Notes: a model not told the origin generated them from the letters alone. 64,000 nucleotides of DNA from Bacteroidota bacterium (GCA_013298545.1 JAAFIA010000004.1:26832-90831), one strand, 5' to 3'. Positions 19,688-28,940 are shown, numbered from the stretch's first letter. Made by a program: numbers and translations.

Positions 19688-20263
19688 TTATTTCACCGGA
19701 ACGGTCAACGAGTCTTGATCTTTCACTTTTACTTTTAAATCAATATTTAAATCTTCTTTTCCCGGAATCATTTTACCCAATTGTGTTTCGCGTAGGCCGG
19801 GCAATACCATCGGAGCAAAAGCGGCCACAGGTCGATACAAAAGCGATTCGTCTTTCATCTTTGGCGGAATGATGGACATTTTTTCCTCTGCGGCATCGAG
19901 GACAAAAAATAACACACTAATGACGAGTAAAAATTTTCCCGCCCCCAAAGCCCCGCCCACTATTTTATTTACCATACTCAACGCCGCATTTTCAACCACA
20001 CGCTCCACTAACTTGGCAACCGCATAAACACCAATCAAAATTCCAACAAACACCAGCGCGAACGAAATCAATGGAATGTATGGAGACTCCGAATCCATCC
20101 ACCCGCGCAGAATCCCCGCCATCCAATCAGAAAGGTGTGTTCCGCCCCACAAGCCCAGAAAAAAAGCCACCAACAAAGCCGCTTCCATAATAGCACCCTT
20201 CATAAACCCGCGCCAAAATCCCCAAAGGATTGGAATCGCGACAAGCAAATCGATTGCATTCAT
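19688..20263 (-). CDS. cvpA: CvpA family membrane protein (colicin V production protein-like)
   Basis: MNAIDLLVAIPILWGFWRGFMKG... with 4 TM helices, the typical CvpA N-terminus. Confidence 0.8.
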   Translation of the reverse strand: MNAIDLLVAIPILWGFWRGFMKGAIMEAALLVAFFLGLWGGTHLSDWMAGILRGWMDSESPYIPLISFALVFVGILIGVYAVAKLVERVVENAALSMVNKIVGGALGAGKFLLVISVLFFVLDAAEEKMSIIPPKMKDESLLYRPVAAFAPMVLPGLRETQLGKMIPGKEDLNIDLKVKVKDQDSLTVPVK

Positions 20264-20455
20264 GGTACAAAGTTCGTTTTTGTTGCAAGCCTTTCACGTT
20301 AACAAGCTGTTGTTTTTCCATGCTATTTTGTGAATAGCGAGAACAGGTTTCAAGTTCCAGATTCCAAGTTCCAAAGGTTGCGCTTTTGGACACAGTTCGG
20401 TTTTAAAGTTCCAAGTTCCAAACGTATGTGTAATATAAATCGAATCAATTGCCCC

Positions 20456-20636
20456 CTGGAACTTGGAGCTTGAGATTTGGAACTTGGAATCTGGAACTTG
20501 GAACTTGGAAACTGGAAACTGGAACTTGGAACTTGGAAACTGGAAACTGGAACTTGGAAACTGGAACTTGGAAACTGGAACTTGGAAACTGGAAACTGGA
20601 ACTTGGAAACTTGAAACTTGGAACTTGGAAACTTGA
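20456..20636. repeat. heptanucleotide microsatellite (GGAACTT / GGAAACT)n, ~25 units
   Basis: Uninterrupted run ggaacttggaacttggaaactggaaactgg... in the intergenic region between divergent cvpA (start 20263) and the 20655 CDS. A perfect 25-bp inverted copy (20351-20375, caagttccagattccaagttccaaa) matches 20476-20500. Confidence 0.9.
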
Positions 20637-20654
20637 ACCTTACCTTTGCCACTT

Positions 20655-20999
20655 ATGGAAGCAGAAGTACGTGAAGAACGTTGGAATACCATTCTCAAAC
20701 GCCTCGAACCACAATTTGGCGGCGACCTCGATATTCAGGCGGTGCTTTTTATTATTGGTTTACAAGAATTGGGGCATGGCTATAAGGCCTACAAAAAAGA
20801 TCAAAAGCTCGATATTATGCACGTTGCGGTTTGTTCGTTGCTTGAACCGTATGGCTATTACACCTTTGAAGGCCGCGATGCCGAAAATTGGCCACATTGG
20901 TTGCCAACGTCAAAACTCCCACACTTGAAGCCAGCACAGCAACACCGACTCATGCAAGAAGCCGTGATTGATTATTTTGAACGAGAAGAATTGATATAA
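20655..20999 (+). CDS. hypothetical protein (114 aa)
   Basis: ATG at 20655 (MEAEVREERW...). Good coding composition. A strong terminator follows immediately. No known domain recognised. Confidence 0.55.
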   Translation: MEAEVREERWNTILKRLEPQFGGDLDIQAVLFIIGLQELGHGYKAYKKDQKLDIMHVAVCSLLEPYGYYTFEGRDAENWPHWLPTSKLPHLKPAQQHRLMQEAVIDYFEREELI

Positions 21000-21000
21000 A

Positions 21001-21030
21001 AAAAGCCGCGTCAGCAATGACGCGGCTTCT
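21001..21030. terminator. bidirectional intrinsic terminator
   Basis: aaaaa-gccgcgtca-gcaa-tgacgcggc-ttct, a 9-bp GC-rich stem, between the convergent genes ending at 20999 and 21046. Confidence 0.8.
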
Positions 21031-21045
21031 ATGCAAAAATATTTT

Positions 21046-21384
21046 TTATTGATTAACAGTTACTTCGTCTGTTTTTCCTTCTTCAAAACGAACAACAGAG
21101 CCAGAATTATTGCCATTGATAAAAATATCCATGATTTTTGGCAAATCGGTGGTGAAACTCGCTTTACCAGAAGCATCAGTCCGTTCTACCATATCCTCGA
21201 TATCGCCAGTGCCGGGCTTTAGACGAACTTCCGCACCAGGAATAGGATTCCCCGTCGATTGAGAAAGGACAGTTACGATCGCTTTACATTCTTTATTCTT
21301 ATTGCAGGCGGTTGTATAAACAGCAACAGCCAACAAGAGCAGCAAGCTGCTCAACATAGCGAGTTTGATAGGTGTCTTTTTCAT
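21046..21384 (-). CDS. small lipoprotein with carboxypeptidase-regulatory-like beta-sandwich fold
   Basis: Signal peptide plus lipobox (LLLLAVAVYTTAC). ...VRLKPGTGDIEDMVERTDASGKASF resembles CarboxypepD_reg-like domains. Confidence 0.6.
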   Translation of the reverse strand: MKKTPIKLAMLSSLLLLLAVAVYTTACNKNKECKAIVTVLSQSTGNPIPGAEVRLKPGTGDIEDMVERTDASGKASFTTDLPKIMDIFINGNNSGSVVRFEEGKTDEVTVNQ

Positions 21385-21484
21385 GCTTTTGCCGAGCTTG
21401 AATTATTTTCGGATTGGCCCGATTTTGGTGCAAAGTAGCGGAATAGCTATCTTTACCTCACACAAATATAAAAAAGTTTTCAAC

Positions 21485-22324
21485 ATGAATAAGCGAATTT
21501 CGCTCGCCCTCATCGCTTTATGCGGTATTATTTTGTTTACCTCCTTCGGAAAAGCCGATATGCGTAAGCGCGTTCTCATCACCACCCGACTGGGAAACAT
21601 CAAAATTTTACTCTACGATGAAACGCCGCAACACCGCGACAATTTTTTGAAATTGGTGCAAAACAAAACCTACGACAGCACCATCTTTCACCGCGTCATT
21701 CCTCAATTTATGATTCAAGGCGGCGACCCAGACTCTAAGCGCGCCAAAGCTGGACAACCGCTCGGAAACGGCAATGTTGGTTATACCTTGCCTGCCGAAA
21801 TCCACCCCAATTTATTTCATAAACGTGGCGCATTGGCCGCTGCTCGTCTTGGCGACGATGTCAATCCAAACAAAGAATCTTCCGGCTGCCAGTTTTACCT
21901 TGTTATGGGCAGAACCTTTACGGATAGCTTGCTCGACGAAACCATTCGCCAACGCATCGACCAACCCGTTAAGCAAAAAATCTTCAACACGATCATCAAT
22001 CGCCCCGAAAATGCTGCGCTCAAAGCAAGTTTTGTGCGTGCACAACAAATCCGTAACCGCGATAGCATCATGTATTATTCGGCCATCATCGAACCGCTCG
22101 TTCAAACCGAATTTGAAAAAACACCACACCGTGTCATTACGCCCGAACAACGCGAAGTCTATAAAACCGTTGGTGGAACACCGCATTTAGATGGTGGTTA
22201 TACCGTTTTCGGCGAAGTCGTAGAAGGGCTTGAAATCATTGACCAAATTGGTGCCTTGCCACGCAATAAAATGGATCGTCCTGACGAAGATGTTTGGATG
22301 ATGATGAAGGCCGTAAAAAAGTAA
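21485..22324 (+). CDS. peptidyl-prolyl cis-trans isomerase, cyclophilin type, secreted
   Basis: HRVIPQFMIQGGDP ... GALAAARLGD ... SGCQFYLVMG cyclophilin motifs. The start MNKRISLALIALCGIILFTSFGKA (signal peptide) is at 21485; the track start at 21365 is an over-extension. Confidence 0.85.
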   Translation: MNKRISLALIALCGIILFTSFGKADMRKRVLITTRLGNIKILLYDETPQHRDNFLKLVQNKTYDSTIFHRVIPQFMIQGGDPDSKRAKAGQPLGNGNVGYTLPAEIHPNLFHKRGALAAARLGDDVNPNKESSGCQFYLVMGRTFTDSLLDETIRQRIDQPVKQKIFNTIINRPENAALKASFVRAQQIRNRDSIMYYSAIIEPLVQTEFEKTPHRVITPEQREVYKTVGGTPHLDGGYTVFGEVVEGLEIIDQIGALPRNKMDRPDEDVWMMMKAVKK

Positions 22325-22378
22325 CGAGACAACAGGCATCGGTATTACCTTTGCGCCGTTAAAGAACAAACGTTGACA

Positions 22379-23392
22379 ATGAAAGATCGCATCGATTCGC
22401 TGCTCGAAGAAGTAGAACAATTTACTCCCGATAACCAGGAAAAAGCGGAAAGTTTTCGCTTAAAATATTTGAGCCGCAAAGGACGCATTGCCGAACTGTT
22501 CGACGAGTTTAAAACCGTTGCACCAGAATTGAAGCGCGAAATCGGGCAGAAACTCAATGAACTTCAAACGAAAGCCAAAGAAAAATTTGAAGCGTTTCGC
22601 TCGCGCCACGACCATGACGCATCCGACTCAGAACAAACCGTTGATCTTTCGCTTCCTGCCGAATCGTTTGAAGGGTCGCGCCACCCGCTCATGCTCGTGC
22701 GCGAAGACATCATTTCTATTTTTGGTCGCTTAGGCTTTACCGTTGCTGACGGTCCTGAAATTGAAAACGATTGGCACAATTTTTCGGCGTTAAATTTCCC
22801 AGAAGAACATCCTGCCCGCGATATGCAGGACACGTTTTTCATTGATAAAGACATTGCGTTGCGTACACATACCTCAAGCGTTCAGGTGCGCATCATGGAA
22901 ACAACCAAGCCGCCGATTCGCATGATTATGCCCGGGCGTGTTTACCGCAACGAAGCCATTTCTGCCCGCGCACATTGCTTCTTTCATCAGGTAGAAGGAT
23001 TGTATGTTGACAAAGGCGTTTCATTTGCCGACATGAAGCAAACCTTGCTTTATTTCTCGCGCGAAATGTTTGGCGAAAAAACAGAAATTCGTTTGCGCCC
23101 TTCTTATTTTCCGTTCACAGAACCAAGTGCCGAAATGGATATTTCGTGTTCGATCTGCGGTGGAAGCGGATGCAATGTGTGTAAACATTCTGGCTGGGTC
23201 GAAATTCTCGGCTGCGGCATGGTCGATCCGCAAGTATTGAAAAACTGCGGGATCGATCCTGATGAGTATTCGGGCTTTGCATTTGGAATGGGCATCGAAC
23301 GCATTACCATGCTGAAATATGGTGTAAACGATTTGCGCTTGTATTCCGAAAACGATGTGCGTTTCCTCAACCAATTCAAACCGGTATGGTAA
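22379..23392 (+). CDS. pheS: phenylalanine--tRNA ligase alpha subunit
   Basis: N-terminal MKDRIDSLLEEV...FRLKYLSRKGRI. FPEEHPARDMQDTFF and class-II motifs (GRVYRNEAISARAH, GFAFGMGIERI). ATG at 22379; the track starts at TTG 22373. Confidence 0.9.
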   Translation: MKDRIDSLLEEVEQFTPDNQEKAESFRLKYLSRKGRIAELFDEFKTVAPELKREIGQKLNELQTKAKEKFEAFRSRHDHDASDSEQTVDLSLPAESFEGSRHPLMLVREDIISIFGRLGFTVADGPEIENDWHNFSALNFPEEHPARDMQDTFFIDKDIALRTHTSSVQVRIMETTKPPIRMIMPGRVYRNEAISARAHCFFHQVEGLYVDKGVSFADMKQTLLYFSREMFGEKTEIRLRPSYFPFTEPSAEMDISCSICGGSGCNVCKHSGWVEILGCGMVDPQVLKNCGIDPDEYSGFAFGMGIERITMLKYGVNDLRLYSENDVRFLNQFKPVW

Positions 23393-23703
23393 ATAACCGT
23401 TTGGCCGCGTTAGAAGAAATGCTTCGCGAATCGCCAAACGATGCGTTTGTACAGTATGCCATTGCGGTTGAATATGCCGCACAAAATCAAACGCAAGAAG
23501 CCATTCAACGCATCGAGCAATTAATCAGCAAGCAGCCCGATTACCTTGGCGCGTATTACAAACTCGGGAAATTATACGAAGAGACCAATCAACCCGACAA
23601 AGCGCTTGACGTTTTTAAACGTGGTGCCACACTTGCACAACACCAAGGAAATAAAAAAACGCTTGGCGAATTGAATGAAGCGATTTGGATGTTGGAAGAT
23701 TGA
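23386..23703 (+). CDS. small tetratricopeptide-repeat protein
   Basis: 105 aa with TPR-like helices (AFVQYAIAVEYAAQNQTQEAI...YYKLGKLYEETNQPDKALDVF). Overlaps the pheS stop by 7 bp. Confidence 0.65.
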   Translation: MVNNRLAALEEMLRESPNDAFVQYAIAVEYAAQNQTQEAIQRIEQLISKQPDYLGAYYKLGKLYEETNQPDKALDVFKRGATLAQHQGNKKTLGELNEAIWMLED

Positions 23704-23763
23704 AAAAAACACTATAAAAGTTGGCTTTTTATAATAAAAAAGATTACTTTTGTACTAACAATA

Positions 23764-23808
23764 CTCGCCACGCTTCCCATCAGAACAGCGCACCCGGGCG
23801 AGTTTTTT
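23764..23808 (+). terminator. putative intrinsic terminator after the pheS-TPR genes
   Basis: actcgcc...ggcgagt stem followed by ttttttatttttt. Confidence 0.5.
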
Positions 23809-23819
23809 ATTTTTAGGGT

Positions 23820-24783
23820 ATGACAAATTTTTCTAAGCAGCCAATATCTATTCCTGATCAAATAGCGCTTTTAAAATCAAGAGGGCTAATTATTCCTGAT
23901 GTAGCTCGTGCAGAACGTTATTTATCAAACATTAGCTATTACAGATTTAGTGGATATGCGAAATTTTTTCAAGTACAAAATGATCCCAACCACAACTTCA
24001 TTGTAGGGACAAGTTTTGATGATGTTTTAGCGTATTATTTATTTGATAGAAAATTGAGATTGCTTGTTTTTGATGCAATTGAACGTGTTGAAGTTAGTTT
24101 CAGGACAGCATTGGTCAATAACCTCTGTGTCGATCATGGTTGAACGTGTTGAAGTTAGTTTCAGGACAGCATTGGTCAATAACCTCTGTGTCGATCATGG
24201 TACAAATTGGTATGAGGAACAAAACCTATTTACAGATCCATTGCAATACAGCAAAAATCTAATCAAGCTGGTTTCAGAAATAGATCGCTCTGGAGAATAT
24301 TTCATTAAGCATTACAAAACATTCTACCAATCGCCGCAGAGACCTCCTGCATGGATGAGCTTAGAAATAGCTTCATTGGGCTTGCTATCTACAACATACC
24401 GAAACTTGAAAATGAGTCCTGCGAAAAAGAGGATAGCATTACAATTTGGAATAAAAGCTCCTTATGTTTTTGAAAGTTGGATGGAAAGTCTGACTTATGT
24501 TAGAAATGTATGTGCGCATCATGCCAGATTGTGGAATCGGAACCTGACTATTAAACCTCAATTACCCAAAACTACAACAAGCACTTTTTTAGTTAATACG
24601 TCAGCACCCAACACATCGCTATATACATGCTTATCCTGTCTTCTATATTTAAGAAAAAACAGTAATCCGAAAACAGAGTTAGCTAAACGTATTCGCCAAC
24701 TTTTTATAGAATACCCGAATGTTGATATACAAAAAATGGGCTTCTTGTCGGGATGGGAAAAAGAACCAATTTGGGCAACATAA
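23820..24783 (+). pseudogene. Abi_2-family (AbiD/AbiF-like) abortive-infection gene, disrupted by a 61-bp tandem duplication
   Basis: N-terminus MTNFSKQPISIPDQIALLKSRGLIIPD..ERYLSNISYYRFSGYAKFF is the classic Abi_2 (PF07751) start. The reading frame breaks at 24141, where the 61-bp segment tgaacgtgttgaag...gtcgatcatggt (24080-24140) is exactly repeated (24141-24201). The amino-acid stretch ERVEVSFRTALVNNLCVDHG therefore occurs in both halves. Removing one copy restores a single ~300-aa ORF. Confidence 0.75.
24080..24201 (+). repeat. perfect 61-bp direct tandem duplication inside the Abi_2 gene
   Basis: The two copies are identical base for base. 61 is not a multiple of 3, so the duplication causes a frameshift. 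Confidence 0.9.
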
Positions 24784-24795
24784 AAAACAAAAAAA

Positions 24796-24826
24796 CCGGA
24801 CAAAATTTTGTCCAGTTTTTTTGTTT
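24796..24826. terminator. bidirectional intrinsic terminator
   Basis: aaaaaa-ccggacaaaattttgtccag-ttttttt, a palindromic stem with A/T tracts on both sides, between the Abi gene and the convergent LuxR gene. Confidence 0.7.
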
Positions 24827-24842
24827 CGTAGAGAAAAGAAAC

Positions 24843-25588
24843 TTAAACCAATTGTTGCTCAACGGCAAAACGAACGAGACCAGCCGTGTTTTTGATGTTG
24901 AGTTTGTGCAACAAATTACGACGGTGTGTTTCAACCGTTGGAATACTGATGTTGAGTGCTGCCGCAATTTGCTTCGTGTTTTGCTCACGTGCAATGAGTT
25001 GAACAATCTGTAATTCGCGGCGGGTAATGCTACGAATGCGTTTGTCTTCGCGCGGATTAACGATGTCGCGAAGCATACGCTTCAACTCGTATTCCGTTTG
25101 TGTTTGTTGCGTTACGTCAAGTGCGACAAACAACAATTGATCAATCATGTTTGACTCATCGCGGCTAAATGGTGTAACTTGAAGCGAAAACGTGTGATCA
25201 TCGTCATACGCACTTGTCATGCGACAAAGCGCGCGGTACGGATCTTTGTTGCCCGCTCCAAACCAAGTGATCGCATCTTGCATGTGGCGACGCTCATCTT
25301 TTAAGAGCAAAGTGTTCATTGAACGGTTTCCGACTTTGATTACCTCAGAAATGCGGTAACCGAGTAAAGTTGTCAAACGATCATTTGCCCAAATTAACGA
25401 CTTACGTGTTGGATCTACGACAAGCAGAATGGCTGGAATACAATCCACCACACGTTCTACAATGGTTTGTTTGGACTGGCCGCCGCGGGTCAGGCGAGCG
25501 ATCGAATCGGAATTAGCCCGCAGGTGGACTAGTGCTTCGCTTGTTTCGGCCAATAACCGATCCAACGCTTCAGGTGATAGCGTACTCA
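24843..25588 (-). CDS. PAS-domain LuxR-family transcriptional regulator
   Basis: C-terminal HTH: TRRELQIVQLIAREQNTKQIAAALNISIPTVETHRRNLLHKLNIKN (LuxR/GerE). N-terminal PAS-like region. Start MSTLSPEAL at 25588; the track start at 25703 is over-extended. Confidence 0.8.
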
Positions 25589-25784
25589 TGTTTTTCGTTT
25601 TTTTTAAGCCACAGGGTTCAGTCGCTGTGGTTTTGTCGTTCATTAATATCGTATAACTACCATTTTGGGGACAGTAGCAACACGTTTTAGTTCCTGAGGA
25701 CAAATAAGGGAATTTTTCCGCACTTTGCCAAAATACGCCTAATGTTTTTTTGTGAGCATACCGAAAATCTACTTAAAACCAGCA

Positions 25785-26993
25785 TTAGTCAATTGCACAG
25801 ACAAAAAGTGTGTTTTGTGCATTGTCTTTTAGCACATACAACGATTGAAAACCAACATCTGCAATGATGAAGTTCATTGATGGCGATCGGTATTCTTCCA
25901 CCACATGACGAATATCGAGTAACGACAACTGGTCTTGATTTTCATAACGTACATACACACGAATGGCAAAATCCGTTTCGAGTAAAGGCGTAGTGGAATA
26001 GGCATCACCCAGTTGTTTTTTCAGTTTCTTCAGCTTTTTGTAGCCATAACGATACTGATAAGTCAAGGCCGATATATCAGACAAAACCGCACTACCCGTG
26101 GGATGGCTTCCTGCTCCTTTGCCCGTAAATGTTTGCTTACACGAAAAAGCACCTTCTACTTCAATGCCATTGTATTCGTACATCACTTTATACAATTCGT
26201 CGTCGGCACGAACAAAACGTGGCATGACAAAAACGCGGTAGCCGTTTTCTGTTTTAGCCGCACTGGCGATCAATTTAATGCGTAGGTTTTTTTCGCGCGC
26301 ATATCGAATATCATTAAAACTCACTTGTTGAATCCCTAAGTGTAGAACCTCTTCTGGTTTCAGGATGACACCAAAAGCATGAACAGCAAGCAAGCAAACT
26401 TTATAAAGTGTATCGGCACCCGAAACATCCAACCACGGATCGATTTCGGCAAAACCTTCGCGCTGTGCATCGGCCAATACCTCGTTATACTCTTTATGCT
26501 CCAACTCCATGCGCGAAAGAATGTAGTTGGTGGTTCCATTCAAAATACCACGCAAACTACTCAGCAGCTCATTGTCATAATACTCTTCTAATGTTCGGAT
26601 GATTGGTATGCTCCCGCCTGCAGAACCTTCGTAGATCAATGCAACACCATGCTCTTCCTGCAATAGAAATAAGGGTTCAAAATACGTTGCCAACATTTTT
26701 TTACTTGCGCTGACAACATTGGTTTTGTTTTTCAAGGCACGACTAACAATATTAAATGCCTCATCCGTGTCGTTGATCATTTCGACGACCACATCAATAT
26801 CTTTTCGATCAAGAATCGTGTTTTTGTCGAAAGTGATGAGGGCATCATCAACAGATCGTTTTTTCGAAGGATCCTTTACACAGATTTTTGCAATGTCGGC
26901 TTGAAGTACTTCGGAATGATGAAGCACATCGTACAAGCCTTGTCCAACGCATCCGAAACCGAACAGCGCAAGTTGAATGTTTTTTTCTGACAT
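25785..26993 (-). CDS. hom: homoserine dehydrogenase
   Basis: N-terminal NAD-binding LALFGFGCVGQG. Catalytic-domain motifs (ILNGTTNYIL, DVSGADT). C-terminal ACT-like region. Confidence 0.85.
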   Translation of the reverse strand: MSEKNIQLALFGFGCVGQGLYDVLHHSEVLQADIAKICVKDPSKKRSVDDALITFDKNTILDRKDIDVVVEMINDTDEAFNIVSRALKNKTNVVSASKKMLATYFEPLFLLQEEHGVALIYEGSAGGSIPIIRTLEEYYDNELLSSLRGILNGTTNYILSRMELEHKEYNEVLADAQREGFAEIDPWLDVSGADTLYKVCLLAVHAFGVILKPEEVLHLGIQQVSFNDIRYAREKNLRIKLIASAAKTENGYRVFVMPRFVRADDELYKVMYEYNGIEVEGAFSCKQTFTGKGAGSHPTGSAVLSDISALTYQYRYGYKKLKKLKKQLGDAYSTTPLLETDFAIRVYVRYENQDQLSLLDIRHVVEEYRSPSMNFIIADVGFQSLYVLKDNAQNTLFVCAID

Positions 26994-27154
26994 ATAAAAT
27001 TTGTATTACTTCAGGCAGTATTGGTTTTGGTGAATCGCGCTGCCCACGCGAGGTGTGTTGAGCACACAAGGCTGCAAAACAGAATTTTGCAACCAATAAA
27101 AGCGATTGGATAAGCCCTTCGCGTCGCTAACAACGAAGGGCTGTATAAAAAAAA

Positions 27155-27790
27155 TCAGATGTTTGGTTGCGGCGTTGTACGCAAATAAGATTTGATGCGA
27201 ACATGACCTTTCGGAAATTTGGCCGCAATCTCTTCGTCTTTGATCGCCGGAGCAATGACGACATCTTCTCCAAATTTCCAGTCGGCAGGAGTTGCCACAC
27301 TGTAGTTGGCCGTCAATTGCAACGAATCAATGACCCGCAACAACTCATCAAAATTCCGCCCCGTACTTGCGGGATAAGTAATGATGAGTTTGATTTTTTT
27401 GTCAGGACCAATTACAAAAACAGAGCGAACGGTAAATTTTTCATGTGCATTCGGATGAATCATGTCGTACAACAAAGCCACTTTTCTTTCAGGATCGGCA
27501 ATGATTGGAAAATTGACCGTGCATTTTTGCGTTTCGTTGATATCGGCGATCCAGTTTCGATGATCGTCAATCCCATCAACACTAATCGCGATTACTTTTA
27601 CATTTCGCTTTTCAAATTCGGGCTTGAGTTTAGCTAATTTTCCCAGCTCTGTAGTACAAACGGGTGTATAATCGGCCGGATGTGAGAATAAAACAGCCCA
27701 ACTATTGCCGATAAATTCATGAAAATTAATAGTGCCTTCTGTGGTAAGGCTGTCGAAATTTGGCGCAAGATCGCCGAGTCTGATGCTCAT
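27155..27790 (-). CDS. 1-Cys peroxiredoxin (Prx6-type)
   Basis: FSHPADYTPVCTTELG peroxidatic-Cys motif. 211-aa length and overall colinearity with Prx6/1-Cys Prx. Confidence 0.85.
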   Translation of the reverse strand: MSIRLGDLAPNFDSLTTEGTINFHEFIGNSWAVLFSHPADYTPVCTTELGKLAKLKPEFEKRNVKVIAISVDGIDDHRNWIADINETQKCTVNFPIIADPERKVALLYDMIHPNAHEKFTVRSVFVIGPDKKIKLIITYPASTGRNFDELLRVIDSLQLTANYSVATPADWKFGEDVVIAPAIKDEEIAAKFPKGHVRIKSYLRTTPQPNI

Positions 27791-27800
27791 AACGTGTTGT

Positions 27801-28208
27801 TTAGTTTAGGTGAAATTTTTGGTGTGGAGGAAAAATCGTCAATGCATTTCGAGTAAGGGTATCGTTGACCACAAAAGCCGTTTCGATATTGAAATAATCG
27901 GCGTAATGCAAAGGGGCTAAATTTTGTTCAGATTCTATTGGCAAATTATTTTTAAGTAAAACAACGTGTCCATGCGTAAACGCATAATCAACAAGTAGCG
28001 TTTTTATTTGCCTTTCGGTGTACCGTTGAATGCTGCTCTGCGCAATTTTTTTCACATGCGATGGAAGCAAATTCAAGAGCCTTTTTGAAACGCCGTCATC
28101 ATAAAAAACAACGTTGGCATGGCGTAGCGTTTGCATTTCGGTGGCCGAAAGAAAATAAGCAGAGCGGTTGAAAACGAGTGTTAACCGTGGTATAGGAAGA
28201 TGTATCAT
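27801..28208 (-). CDS. TP_methylase (RsmI/CobA-like) N-terminal-subdomain-only protein, probably a degenerate remnant
   Basis: MIHLPIPRLTL.. matches LYVVPTPVGNL.. and ANVVFYDDGVSKRLLNLL matches ADLILAEDTR.SGILL of RsmI/tetrapyrrole methylases. The SAM-binding glycine motifs are degenerate, and the C-terminal subdomain (~110 aa) is absent. Start at M38 of the track ORF. Confidence 0.4.
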   Translation of the reverse strand: MIHLPIPRLTLVFNRSAYFLSATEMQTLRHANVVFYDDGVSKRLLNLLPSHVKKIAQSSIQRYTERQIKTLLVDYAFTHGHVVLLKNNLPIESEQNLAPLHYADYFNIETAFVVNDTLTRNALTIFPPHQKFHLN

Positions 28209-28345
28209 GTGTTGGTTTTTGAAAAGTTTTTTGAAAACAAAAATGTACAAAGTGGCCTCAGCGCATCTTGGCTGAGGCAAAGGACATCGGTGTGTTATTT
28301 TCAAAAAATGCAACGACATGCGTTTGTTTGATTTTTAAAATTCAG

Positions 28346-28417
28346 AGTTGCAGGAAGGATTCGAACCTTCGGTTTCTGTTTTGCAGACAGATGCCTTAAC
28401 CACTTGGCGACAGCAAC
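28346..28417 (-). tRNA. tRNA-Cys (anticodon GCA)
   Basis: Reverse-complement gttgctg tc gcc aagtggttaa ggc a tctgt ctGCAaa acaga aacc gaagg ttcgaat ccttc ctgcaac t folds as a cloverleaf. Features: U8, A14, GG18-19, U33, A37, T-loop TTCGAAT, discriminator U73 (typical of tRNA-Cys), one U-U mismatch in the acceptor stem. CCA is not encoded. Confidence 0.8.
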
Positions 28418-28911
28418 AGGAAACGTTAGTGCATAAAAAAAGCCCTCCTCGGTTATCCGGGAGGGCTTCGCTCAACACACCAACAATCAACATCACCATA
28501 ACGAATACATCTCCCGACTGCTGTTAGCGCAGCAGCACATACACATGCCTTGGCACATGTTTGTAAAGGAAATGACGGTCATGATGCGTGTCATGTTGAA
28601 GTTTCGTTTCGAGGTTCTCTTGCGAGAAAGCCTCAATATTTTGATCTGTTATGTTTATAAAGCAAAAGCCTTACAAAACAGAATCAGGATTGTGTTTTGC
28701 CAACAACAGAACTGATTTGTCGCAAATATAATGGGGTTTCGTCGAAAAAAACAAATCAATTCTGACAATTCTTACAAAAATACGGTATCGGTAGGCGTTT
28801 CAATAGGCATTTGAATCGATACCCGTTGTCCGAAAAAGCCCTGACATACAAGCGAGTAAAACGAAATGGTCGTTTTGGTAATCGTTTTCGAGAGTAAATC
28901 AGACAGGAATA

Positions 28912-28940
28912 AAAAAACGCGCGTTTTCAAGGGCGCGTTT
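28912..28940 (-). terminator. intrinsic terminator for the minus-strand gene ending at 29032
   Basis: On the minus strand: acgcgccc-ttgaaa-acgcgcg followed by ttttttt. Confidence 0.65.

Noticed and set aside
20294-20928. ORFs 20294..20698 (-), 20350..20652 (-), 20449..20928 (+) with FQVSKFQ / GTWNLE repetitive translations
   Set aside because: They are pure translations of the heptanucleotide microsatellite in three frames. 7-bp units cycle through frames, and the translations are low-complexity with no start context.
27118-27148. GC hairpin agcccttcg-...-cgaagggct between prx and hom, considered as a terminator
   Set aside because: On the minus strand, which is the direction of both flanking genes, the T-tract precedes the stem, and on the plus strand an A-tract follows it. 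It is therefore not a canonical intrinsic terminator. It may be an RNA-stability or regulatory hairpin, and is left uncalled.
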